DNA of 64,000 nt, taken from an uncultured Gammaproteobacteria bacterium. Its GTDB lineage: Bacteria; Pseudomonadota; Gammaproteobacteria; Burkholderiales; Burkholderiaceae_C. Shown here piece after piece: positions 44,812-53,628 of this stretch. The DNA lies in assembly GCA_963784815.1 (NCBI GenBank), contig CAWATB010000017.1, forward strand, positions 13,864 to 77,863, in the 5' to 3' direction. Both the position numbers and the translations under genes were made by a program. A model generated the notes under the pieces. That model worked only from the letters and a program-made list of their open reading frames with translations. It was not told the DNA's origin and ran no database searches. Every line of letters starts with the position of its first letter. The first letter of the stretch is position 1.

Positions 44812-45153
44812 CTATGTGGAATCGTTAACGTAGCCCGATCCGGCGTGCTTGTATGTGAGGGTAGCGCCGTACTCGCCTGCTACCGCCGCCGCTTTCTCGA
44901 CAAATGCTTCAGCTTCTTTTGTAGGCCTGAATTTGCAGATGGCGTCTATCGCGACTTGCCGCCCCTTAGCTGCGGGATAAACGTCGACAAGTTCTCCGGA
45001 TTCAATGAATCCCAAGTAGCAATTGATTTTCTCCTTTAGGAGGAGCAGCGTCGTCCCCTCCCAGGGCAAGTGATTGAAGATGCTGAGATTCACCACACCG
45101 GTCAGGTTGTCGGTTCCGATAGCGTCTATGGTCCCGGGAGTCTCGATGGTCAT
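44812..45153 (-). CDS. Small hypothetical protein resembling DUF6572
   Basis: MTIETPGTIDAIG...NHLPW...LLLLKEKINCYLGFIESGEL...YP; family assignment from recalled motif similarity, not a search. Confidence 0.7.
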   Translation of the reverse strand: MTIETPGTIDAIGTDNLTGVVNLSIFNHLPWEGTTLLLLKEKINCYLGFIESGELVDVYPAAKGRQVAIDAICKFRPTKEAEAFVEKAAAVAGEYGATLTYKHAGSGYVNDST

Positions 45154-45403
45154 TGTTTGTAAGCCAATTTCAGCGTCTGGCCGAATTCTGCCTTGCGGCA
45201 AACGACGCTATCGGGCCCAAAGTTATCATCCTAGCTGTCATTTCGCGTAACGCGTGATACGAGCATGTCGTCTTGGTGCTTGGTCAAAATATCTTCGACT
45301 GGTGCCGTCGCCTACACCGCTGTGACGCTAGGGTGTTGTTGACACAAATCCTAAAGGCGACCAACCGACCGCTTAAATTTTTAGGAAACACGAGGACGCC
45401 TTT

Positions 45404-45772
45404 ATGAAAATAAGTCGGAGATGCCTGGGTACTGCGTCGCTGGTCGCGTGTTTGGTAAGCGCGTGCGGCGGCGGTGATGACGAAAGCATTGCGGGCCCGG
45501 CACTTCCCGTCATCACTCTGCAGCCCTCCGATGTCTCCATAGTCGAGGGTGGCTCTGCACGGTTCACCGTCGAGGTCAACGAGACCGCCGGGGTGACTTT
45601 CCAATGGATGCGAAATGACGTTGCTATCTATGGAGCCATTCAGGACACCATCGTGTGGAGTGGGATGCCGATGTCGTCTTCTGGCACTGTGTTCACCGTC
45701 AGGGTTTCCAATGCAGCGGGAAGCGTGCTGTCCCGGAACGCGCGGCTCACGGTGATACCCCGTCAAGACTAG
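45404..45772 (+). CDS. Lipoprotein with a single immunoglobulin-like domain
   Basis: Lipobox VSAC-GGG; PVITLQPSD...FTVEV...TFQWMRND...FTVRVSNAAGSVLS...LTV Ig pattern; RBS GAGGA. Confidence 0.75.
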   Translation: MKISRRCLGTASLVACLVSACGGGDDESIAGPALPVITLQPSDVSIVEGGSARFTVEVNETAGVTFQWMRNDVAIYGAIQDTIVWSGMPMSSSGTVFTVRVSNAAGSVLSRNARLTVIPRQD

Positions 45773-45932
45773 TAAAGTTTCGGGTATCCGCCGCTGTAAT
45801 GCTGGTTAAGTTGCTTGCGCGGGTCGAGCTGACGTCTGCGGGCAAAGTTCTCGTGAAGGAGGGGTGGAAATGGAGGTCTGCTTTTGGCCGACAAGAGCCA
45901 GCCGAAACATCAATCCAGCGAGTGGCCAAAAA

Positions 45933-45974
45933 ACTACTGATTTGATAGCTACCAGCGCTTTATAGATAAGCGCT
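45933..45974 (-). repeat. Family 1 element, copy 7 (right edge of islet, inverted relative to copy 6)
   Basis: Minus strand AGCGCTT-N7-AAGCGCT-N4-GCTAT-N7-GTAGT. Confidence 0.85.
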
Positions 45975-46049
45975 AGAGCCCAATTTCACTTAAAAATTGG
46001 CACTACTGCACCGGCAGCGTCGAAGGGCAGCTCCCTGCCCTCCTTTCCC

Positions 46050-46448
46050 TTACTTCACCGCAAACCGCACATTCGCCGCCTTCTTGCCCGGCAGCGTCAC
46101 CAGCGCCACCATCTTGGTGCCCGCTGCCACTTTGAACGTGCCCTTGGCCTCCAGCTTGCCTTCCCCTGCAGGCGCCAGCACAGCCTCGGATTTTTCGGTG
46201 CCGTTCAGCAGGGTGAGCTTGGCGCTCACGCCTTCGGTCTTGGCGGGTTTGCCGTGGTCGCGCAGGTGCAGCGTGATCACGTCGGGCTTGGCGACCAGTT
46301 CGTAGTCCATGTCGTTGGCCTCGGCCACGATGCCGCCGTGTTGAGGCTTGTGGTCGTGGCCTGCGCCGTGGTCGCCAGCGGCATGAGCGGCGGTGGTGGC
46401 CAAAGCTGTGAGGGCCAGGGCGGCGAAAAGTTGGCGGGTGGTTTTCAT
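46050..46448 (-). CDS. Small His-rich periplasmic protein, last gene of the efflux cluster
   Basis: Signal peptide ending AHA, then GDHGAGHDHKPQHGG and a beta-rich domain; RBS AAGGA. Confidence 0.8.
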   Translation of the reverse strand: MKTTRQLFAALALTALATTAAHAAGDHGAGHDHKPQHGGIVAEANDMDYELVAKPDVITLHLRDHGKPAKTEGVSAKLTLLNGTEKSEAVLAPAGEGKLEAKGTFKVAAGTKMVALVTLPGKKAANVRFAVK

Positions 46449-46481
46449 GAGAGTCCTTTCAGAGGGTGGGAAAAAATCGGG

Positions 46482-46625
46482 CCGTGCACGCTGAGCTGGT
46501 CGAAGCGCCGCACGGGGCTTCGACAAGCTCAGCCTGAACGGATGGCGGTGGTGCGCTGGCTTCGACGGGCTCAGCCTGAACGGTTGGGGATGGCGCCCTG
46601 GCTTCGACAGGCTCGGCCCGAACGG
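46482..46625. repeat. Family 2 repeat cluster: one left arm and three tandem right arms
   Basis: 24-nt units at 46518, 46560 and 46602 (period 42) plus an inverted unit at 46482-46505. Confidence 0.85.
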
Positions 46626-46669
46626 GTTGGAGGGCGATGCAAAGAACATAAAAAATGAGCACGCAAAGC

Positions 46670-49600
46670 TCAGAACGCCTCGGCGTTCTTGTCGTCCAGC
46701 AGGCGTTCGGCGTCTTTGCGGCCAAACAGCCAGAACAGGGCCGGGGTGAGGAAGGTGTCGAGCAGCGTGGAGCTGATGAGGCCGCTGAAGATGACCACGG
46801 CCACCGGGTGCAGGATTTCGGTGCCGGGGCGCTCGGCCTCCAGCAGCAGCGGCGCCAGCGCAAAGGCGGTGACCAGGGCCGTCATGAGCACGGGGGAGAG
46901 GCGTTCGAGCGAGCCGCGCACGATCATGGCGTGGTCGAAGTTCTCGCCCTCCACGCGCATCAGGTTCAGGTAGTGGCTCACCTTCAAAATGCCGTTGCGC
47001 ACCGAGATGCCGGCCAGCGTGATGAAGCCGATCAGCGCCGCCACCGACAGGGGCTGGCCCGAGATCCACAGCCCGAGCACGGCGCCCACCAGCGCCAGCG
47101 GGATGTTGGCCATGATCAGCGCCGACAGCGTGGCCGAGCGGTAGCGCGTGTACAGCACCACGAACATCAGCACCAGCGAGACGATGGCCAGCAGGCCCAC
47201 CAGGCGGCTGGCCTCCTCCTGCGCCTGGAACTGGCCGCCCAGGGTGATGAAGTAGCCATCCGGCAAGCGCGTCTCGCCCACCACCTTGCGGATGTCGGCC
47301 ACCACGTCGGACAGCGCCCGGCCCTGCGCGTTGGCAGAGAGCACGATGCGGCGCTTGCCGTCGTCGCGGCTGATCTGGTTGGGGCCGTCGCCGTCCTCGA
47401 TGCTGGCCAGGCGCGACAGCGGCACCCGCCCGCGCGGGGTCTCGATCATGATCTGCGCCAGGCCCTCGAGTGGAGCGCGCGCTCTCGGGCAGGCGCACCA
47501 CCAGCGCAAAGCGCCGGCTGCCCTCGACGATCTGCGTGACCTTCTCGCCCTCCACCAGGCCCTGCAGCGTGGCCAGCACCTGCGGCAGCGGGCACGCCGT
47601 ACTGGGCGGCGGCGGCATGGTCCACGCGCACGGTGATCTGCGGCGCCAGCACCTGCTTTTCCACCTCCAGGTCGGCCAGGCCGTCGATGCTGGCCAGGCG
47701 TGCGCGCAACGCATCGGCCTGGCCGCGCAGGGTGTCGAGGTCCTCGCCGAAGAGCTTGATCGCGATCTGCGAGCGCACACCCGACAGCATGTGGTCGATG
47801 CGGTGCGAGATCGGCTGGCCGATGGCAATGGCCGCCGGCATCTGCGCCAGGCGGCTGCGGATGTCGGCCTGTACCTCGCCCATGCTGCGCGTCAGCTCGC
47901 TGGCAGGCACAAGGCCGACGTCGAGCTCGCTCACGTGCACGCCCTCGGCATGTTCGTCCAGCTCGGCCCGGCCGCTGCGCCGGCCCACGTGCGTGACCTC
48001 GGGCACCTGGCGCACCAGCACCTCGGCCTGGCTGGCCAGCGCAGCCGATTCGGCCAGCGTCACGCCCGGGTTCAGGCGCATGCCGATGAGCAGGGTGCCC
48101 TCGTTGAAGGGTGGCAAAAAGGTGGTCGGAAAGAACGGCACCGCCGCCACCGAAAGCACCACCGCCACCGCGCTCACGGCCATGGCCGACACGCGGCCGT
48201 GCGAGCACACCCAGCAGCCCGCTGCGGTAGCGCGCCTTGAGCCAGGCCACCACGCGCGTGTCGCCATGGTCCAGCGTTCTTCATGCGCGGCAGCAGGTAG
48301 AAGGCCAGCACCGGCGTGACCGTGACCGACACCAGCAGCGAGGCGACGGTGGAGACGATGAAGGCGATGCCCAGGGGCACGAACAGCCGCCCCTCGATGC
48401 CCGGCAGCGCGAACAGCGGCAGGAACACCAGCACGATGATGGCCGTGGCGTAGAGGATGCCCGAGCGCACCTCCATCGACGCGAGCTTGACCACCTCCAG
48501 CGGGTGCAAGCGGTGGTTCGGGTGCTTGGCGCGGTCCATCTTCAGGCGCCGCAGCACGTTCTCCACGTCCACCACGGCATCGTCCACCAGGCCGCCGATG
48601 GCAATCGCCAGTCCGCCCAGCGTCATGGTGTTGATGGACAGGCCGAAGTACTTGAACACCAGCGCCGTGATGAAGATCGACACCGGGATGGCCGTGAGCG
48701 CGATCACCGTGGGCCTGAGCGTGCCGAGGAACACGAACAGGATCACCGCCACGAACACCGAGGCGCCCATGAGCTTGCCCTGCAAGGTGGTGACGGAGGC
48801 CTCGATGAAGCTGGCCTGCCGGAAGGTGACGCGCGGCGCCTCCATGCCCGCGGGCAGCGACTTCTTCAGGTCGCCCAGCGCCGCCTCGATGCTGCGCGTG
48901 AGCGCGATGGTGTCGGCTGTGGGCTGCTTCTGGATGCCAAGGATCACGGCGGGCTTGCCCTCGAAGCCTGCGTCGCCGCGCTTCAGGGCAGCGGCGAACG
49001 TCACCTCGGCCACCTGGCGCAGCAGCACGGGCTGGCCGTTCTTCGCGGTGAGGGCCAGGTTCTGCAGGTCTTCGAGCCGTGAGGTGCGGCCCAGGTGGCG
49101 GATCAGGTACTCGCGCCCGTTGAGCTCCAGGAAGCCGCCCGAGGTATTGGCCGAGAAGCCCTTGAGCGCGCCCGTGAGCTGGTCGTGCGTGATGCCCAGT
49201 TCGGCCATGCGCGCCGTCTGGGGCTGCACCTGGAACTGGCGCACCTCGCCGCCGATGGGGATCACCTGCGCCACGCCGGCAATCGCCAGCAGGCGCGGGC
49301 GCAGCACCCAGTCGGCGTACTCGCGCACGGCCATGGGCGTGGTGCGCTGCACGTCGATGGGGATCGCCACCTGCATGATCTCGCCCATGATGGAGCTGAT
49401 GGGGCCCATGCGCGGCGTGACGCCCGCGGGCAGCCCCTCCTCCATGGACGACAGGCGCTCGGACACCATCTGCCGGGCGCGGAAGATGTCCGTGCTCCAG
49501 TCGAAGGTGACGTAGATGAAGGACAGGCCCGCGCTGGAGGTGGAGCGCACGCTCTCCACGCCGGGCAGGCCGTTCATGGTGGTTTCCAGCGGGAAGGTGA

Positions 49601-49793
49601 TGAGCTGCTCCACCTCCTCGGCGGCCATGCCGCCGGCCTCGGTCATCAGCGTGACGGTGGGCTTGTTGAGGTCGGGGAACACGTCCACCGGAGTGCGCGA
49701 GAGCGTGAAGGCGCCATAGGCCATCAGCACTCCCGCAGCGATCAATACCAGCAGCCGGTTGGCCAGGCTGTTTTCGAGTAGCCACTTGAACAT
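46670..49793 (-). CDS. CzcA/CusA-family heavy-metal RND permease (about 4 frameshifts: ~48275, ~48190, ~47590, ~47475)
   Basis: PVDVFPDL, EEVEQLITFPLE, NTMTLGGLAIAIGGLVDDAVVDVENV, FLPPFNEG, ERLSPVLMTA; segments found across all three frames. Confidence 0.88.
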
Positions 49794-49804
49794 TGCGTGG
49801 CTCC

Positions 49805-50926
49805 TTAGCGGACCTGATTGATGAGCGTGGCGCCTTGCGTTGCCACGCGGTCACCGGCTTTCAGGCCCGATGTCACGGCCACCGAGGTGCCGTCGAGCGG
49901 CGCATAGGTGACCACGCGCGGCGCGAAGCGCTCGGGCGACTCCTTGACCCACACGATGGTCTGGTTGGCCGGATTGCGCAGCAGCGAAGCCACGGGAACC
50001 TGCACGCCATCGACCTTGTCGGCAGACTGCACGAATACGCGCACTGGTTGCCCCAACGCCAAGGTGCCCAGCACCGCCGAATCCCCGGCAAACTGCAGCG
50101 GCAGCGCCTGCTCGCGCAGGCTGCGCGCCGCGCCCAGGAAGCGCAGTGGCACGCGCTGCCCGCCTACGGCCAGCGCCGCGCCGGCCACGCTGTGGGCCTG
50201 CGCCGTGTCGTAGGCCAGGGCCTCGATGCGCAGGCGCGTGGGGTCCACCACCTCGAACAGCAGTTCACGCGCGTCCACCACTTGGCCCGCCACCGCGTTG
50301 GCCGAGGCGATCACACCCGAGACCGGCGCCACCAGCGCATCGCGCGTGGTCAGGCCCGCGCCCACCGCACCCAGCCGCTGGGTAAAGCTTTGTAGCTCGC
50401 TTTCAGCAGCCTCGATCTCCTTGCGCGGCACGGTGTCCGCCAGGTCCTTCAAACGCGCCACGCGGCGTGCAGCCAGGTCGCGCGCCGTGCGCAGCTCGGC
50501 CAGCTGCGCCAGCTGATTGGATCGCTCAATGGCACCCGCCGTGGGCACCACATAGGCCAGTACCTCGCCCTTGCGCACCGCCTGGCCCACGCCGGGCAAG
50601 CCCTTCGGGCCTGCCTCCAGCCGGCCGGCCAGTGCGGCCTGCACCTTGCCACCGGCGTTGGGGTCCATCACCACCGTACCGGCCAGCTCGAAGGCCTTGG
50701 GGTGCGTTCCCTCGGCCACCACCAGGGTTCGCACGCCCAACTGGCGCTGAGCGGGCTTGGGCAAAAAGACGCTGCCATCGGGCTGGCGCCTGGGGCCATT
50801 GCCGTCGGCGGCCGCAGGGGCGTCGCCATGGTCATGGCCTTCACCGGCCTGAGATGCCAGCGGCACGTACAGCGCGGCGGCAGCCAGCAAGGCAACCAGA
50901 ACATGAGGGAAGGAGAGGTGCTTCAT
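49805..50926 (-). CDS. RND periplasmic adaptor (CzcB-like MFP)
   Basis: GQAVRKGEVL, APVSGVI, VPVASL, SGLKAGDRVATQGA; His-rich N-terminus GHDHGD. Confidence 0.88.
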   Translation of the reverse strand: MKHLSFPHVLVALLAAAALYVPLASQAGEGHDHGDAPAAADGNGPRRQPDGSVFLPKPAQRQLGVRTLVVAEGTHPKAFELAGTVVMDPNAGGKVQAALAGRLEAGPKGLPGVGQAVRKGEVLAYVVPTAGAIERSNQLAQLAELRTARDLAARRVARLKDLADTVPRKEIEAAESELQSFTQRLGAVGAGLTTRDALVAPVSGVIASANAVAGQVVDARELLFEVVDPTRLRIEALAYDTAQAHSVAGAALAVGGQRVPLRFLGAARSLREQALPLQFAGDSAVLGTLALGQPVRVFVQSADKVDGVQVPVASLLRNPANQTIVWVKESPERFAPRVVTYAPLDGTSVAVTSGLKAGDRVATQGATLINQVR

Positions 50927-51501
50927 GCCGCACCTCCCAGGCGCTCGGCGCGTGCCGCGCGGCCACGTCGCAGGCCCCACACAGCCGCTAGTGCCAGCAG
51001 CACAGCGGCCACGGCAGTGCCCACCAGCATGGCGCGTCTCCAGCCCGCAGGCTCGCTGTGCGCATGCGCTGCGGCATGCACATCGATCTCACCGGCCAGC
51101 AGGTCCGACTCGTTGCCAGCTACTACGGTGGCCGTGACGGGGCTCACGCCCTCGGCCAGCGGGGCTGCGAGCGCGGCCTCAAACTCGCCCTGCGCCACGC
51201 GCGTGACGGGCACGCGCACACCGCTGACTTCCAGCTCCAGTTGGGCGTCTTTCACAGGGCTGTTGTCACCCGCATGGTCCAGGTAGAGCGCGAGCTTTTG
51301 GCCATCGAGCACGCCAACGAGCTCGAACAGATCGGAGGTGGCTGCAAAACGCGGTGATGCAGGGCCAGCGGCAGCCGCAGGCGCCTCGCCATGGTTGTGG
51401 CCATCGTCGGCCAGGGCCGACAAAGGCATGAAGGGCGCGAGGCCCAGCACCAGGGCCAGGGCCCAGGTCGAAAAAGAGGAAAGCAGTGGCATGGTGATCA
51501 C
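50923..51501 (-). CDS. His-rich exported protein with C-terminal membrane anchor
   Basis: Signal peptide, DDGHNHGEAP, beta-rich domain, HAAAHAH, C-terminal TM followed by basic residues. Confidence 0.75.
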   Translation of the reverse strand: MITMPLLSSFSTWALALVLGLAPFMPLSALADDGHNHGEAPAAAAGPASPRFAATSDLFELVGVLDGQKLALYLDHAGDNSPVKDAQLELEVSGVRVPVTRVAQGEFEAALAAPLAEGVSPVTATVVAGNESDLLAGEIDVHAAAHAHSEPAGWRRAMLVGTAVAAVLLALAAVWGLRRGRAARAERLGGAA

Positions 51502-51531
51502 AGGAAAATAGTTTTGAAAGAGGCAAGGCGT

Positions 51532-52806
51532 TCATTGCGGCAGCAGACCCAGGGCCTGGCGCAGGGTGGAGACGGCTGCAGCCGCATCGATGCGGGCGCG
51601 CGCCAGTTGCCGCTCGGCCTGCACGGCCTCCAGCTCCACGCGCAGGCGCGTGGGCCAGTCGGCCTCGCCCAGGCGGAAAGCCTTGTCGATAAAGCTGCGC
51701 GTATCACGCGCCAGGGCGGCATGCCGGGCCATGGCCTCGCGCTGGGCCTCTGTGGCTTTCACGCGGGCCGTGGCTGCTGCCACCTCGGCGGCCAGGCGGT
51801 CACGCTCTGCGTTGGCACGCACCTCGGCATCGAGCGCATCGGCGCGCGCAGCAAGCTCCTTGGCACGCGACCGATCTCCGCCACCCAGCGGCACGCGCAC
51901 GCCGACGGTGAAGCTTTGCAGGGTGCGCTCGCCCGCCTGCTCACGCCCGCGCGTGGCGGCCACGGTCAGTTCAGGGTTGGCGCGGGTCTGCACGGCGGCC
52001 AGATCGGCGGCGCGGCGCGCCACCTCGGCCTGGTCTTGCCAGTCGGCCACGGACGGGTGGTCGGCGGGGAGACCGCCGGCAGGCAGGGGCTCGGACTCGG
52101 GTTCCGCACCATCGGCCAGCGCCAGGTTGCCGCCCCATGCAGCCAGGGCCGCCTGCGCCACATCGCGTGCGCCCGTGGCCTCGGCCAGCGCGGCCTCAGC
52201 CTGGGCCACGGCGCCATCGGCCTGGGTCTGGTCGGCGCGCGACATGTCGCCCGCCTTGAATCGCCGCGCCACATCAGCGGCCAGGCGCTGCGCGTTCAGC
52301 AGACGGTCTTGCGCCAGGCCCTGCTCTGCCTGCGCACGCTGCACCGCCCACCAAGCCTCGCGCACGGTGGCGGCCAGTTGCAGCTGCGCGGCCAGGCGGC
52401 GGCTGTCCACGGCCTTCACCTCGGCATCGCCCAGCGCGGCCTTGCGTGCGCGCTCGCCGGGCAGCCACAGCGGCATGGCCACGCCCACCTCCACTTCACG
52501 GCTGCCCTGGTTGCTGCCGGGGCGGTCGGTCTTGGCCTGCAGTTCCAGCGCCACCGGCTCGGCCGTCCAGGACGAAGCGCCGTTGCGCGCGGCCTGCGCG
52601 GCCTCGCGCCGCAGTGCGGCCGACTGTGCCTCGGGCTGGCGCGCCCAGGCGCGCTCGAACAATGCTTTGAGCGTGAGGGGCTGGTCGGCAGGTGCCGCCG
52701 CAGGTGTTTGGGAAAGCGCGGCACCACAGGCCAACGCCCACCCCAGCGCCACAGCGGCCATAGACAGCCGTGGCAGCGCGTGTGTTGTTCTATTCGTTTG
52801 TTGCAT
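51532..52806 (-). CDS. TolC/CzcC-family outer membrane efflux protein
   Basis: Signal peptide, LTLKALFERAWARQP, helical repeats with RRFKAGD and KAFRLGE. Confidence 0.88.
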   Translation of the reverse strand: MQQTNRTTHALPRLSMAAVALGWALACGAALSQTPAAAPADQPLTLKALFERAWARQPEAQSAALRREAAQAARNGASSWTAEPVALELQAKTDRPGSNQGSREVEVGVAMPLWLPGERARKAALGDAEVKAVDSRRLAAQLQLAATVREAWWAVQRAQAEQGLAQDRLLNAQRLAADVARRFKAGDMSRADQTQADGAVAQAEAALAEATGARDVAQAALAAWGGNLALADGAEPESEPLPAGGLPADHPSVADWQDQAEVARRAADLAAVQTRANPELTVAATRGREQAGERTLQSFTVGVRVPLGGGDRSRAKELAARADALDAEVRANAERDRLAAEVAAATARVKATEAQREAMARHAALARDTRSFIDKAFRLGEADWPTRLRVELEAVQAERQLARARIDAAAAVSTLRQALGLLPQ

Positions 52807-52948
52807 CCGATTCCTCTGCAGTGGTGTGAACCACGGGGTTGAAATCGGCAAGGCACGACGCCCGGCACGCATGCGCGCACCGCTGCTACCCGCCAGGGCA
52901 GCGTGAAATCATCGTCAGGAAGGGGCTACCCGGTGCCCGCCTCGCCGC

Positions 52949-53350
52949 TCAGGCGAGGGGGGCCAGTTGGGGCGTTCGGGGCGAGAAAGAGGGGGATGCA
53001 CCAAGACGGGAGCTGTCTGGGCCGCGGGGCAGCGCGACCGCGACCACAAGGGCCTGGGCGCCAGCGCTCCACACCATGCCGCTGCCCGCACCGTGGCACG
53101 CATGGCAGTCCATGTCGACCGTGCCAGAACTGGTCAAGGCCTTGTGGTCGGAGGTGTCACCGGCATAGGCCGCGGCAGGCGCCGCATCTGCATCGTCACC
53201 GTGCAGATCGGCTTGGTGGTCGTGCACATGGTGGCCAAAGTGCTGCGATGCCTGCGGGGCCGACTCGTGCCCGCAATAAGGCGAAGCGGCCGCCCAGATG
53301 GACTGGAGCGGCAGAAACACCAACAGGAAAACGAGCAGCATGCGATGCAT
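52949..53350 (-). CDS. CzcI-like small His/Cys-rich protein
   Basis: LPLQSIWAAASPYCGHE, HFGHHVHDH, DCHACH; a PERPNW motif lies in an adjacent frame near the 3' end (probable indel). Confidence 0.75.
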   Translation of the reverse strand: MHRMLLVFLLVFLPLQSIWAAASPYCGHESAPQASQHFGHHVHDHQADLHGDDADAAPAAAYAGDTSDHKALTSSGTVDMDCHACHGAGSGMVWSAGAQALVVAVALPRGPDSSRLGASPSFSPRTPQLAPLA

Positions 53351-53523
53351 AGGCAGCGGGATTCTAAGCAGGCGGGCGCGCATGCCCCGAGCCCATAGCC
53401 CCCAGCGAAAAGGGTCATAGGCCAGGCAGCGCAGGTGAGCCCCCCGGGTCAGGGCGTGAACAGGCTGTGTGCACGCCGCCGCCCGGGGTGACGGGCACGA
53501 GAAGCTTTTTCACAAGTGACAAG

Positions 53524-53558
53524 AAAAAAGCGACCGGCTGCCATAGCACCCGGTCGCT
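53524..53558 (-). terminator. Intrinsic terminator after ahpF
   Basis: AGCGACCGG/CCGGTCGCT stem with a U-tract on the minus strand. Confidence 0.7.
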
Positions 53559-53599
53559 CATTTATTAATAGCTACTAGCGCTTATCCAGTTCAAGCGCC
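53556..53599 (-). repeat. Family 1 element, copy 8
   Basis: Minus strand GGCGCTT-N9-AAGCGCT-N4-GCTAT-N7-TGAGC; the only copy with altered spacing. Confidence 0.75.
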
Positions 53600-53628
53600 A
53601 GCAGCCCAATTTCATTCAGAAATTCCGC

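Noticed and set aside
46518-46625. CRISPR-like repeat-spacer pattern
   Set aside because: Only three units, 18-nt spacers similar to each other, the same unit occurs as dispersed inverted doublets, and there are no cas genes.
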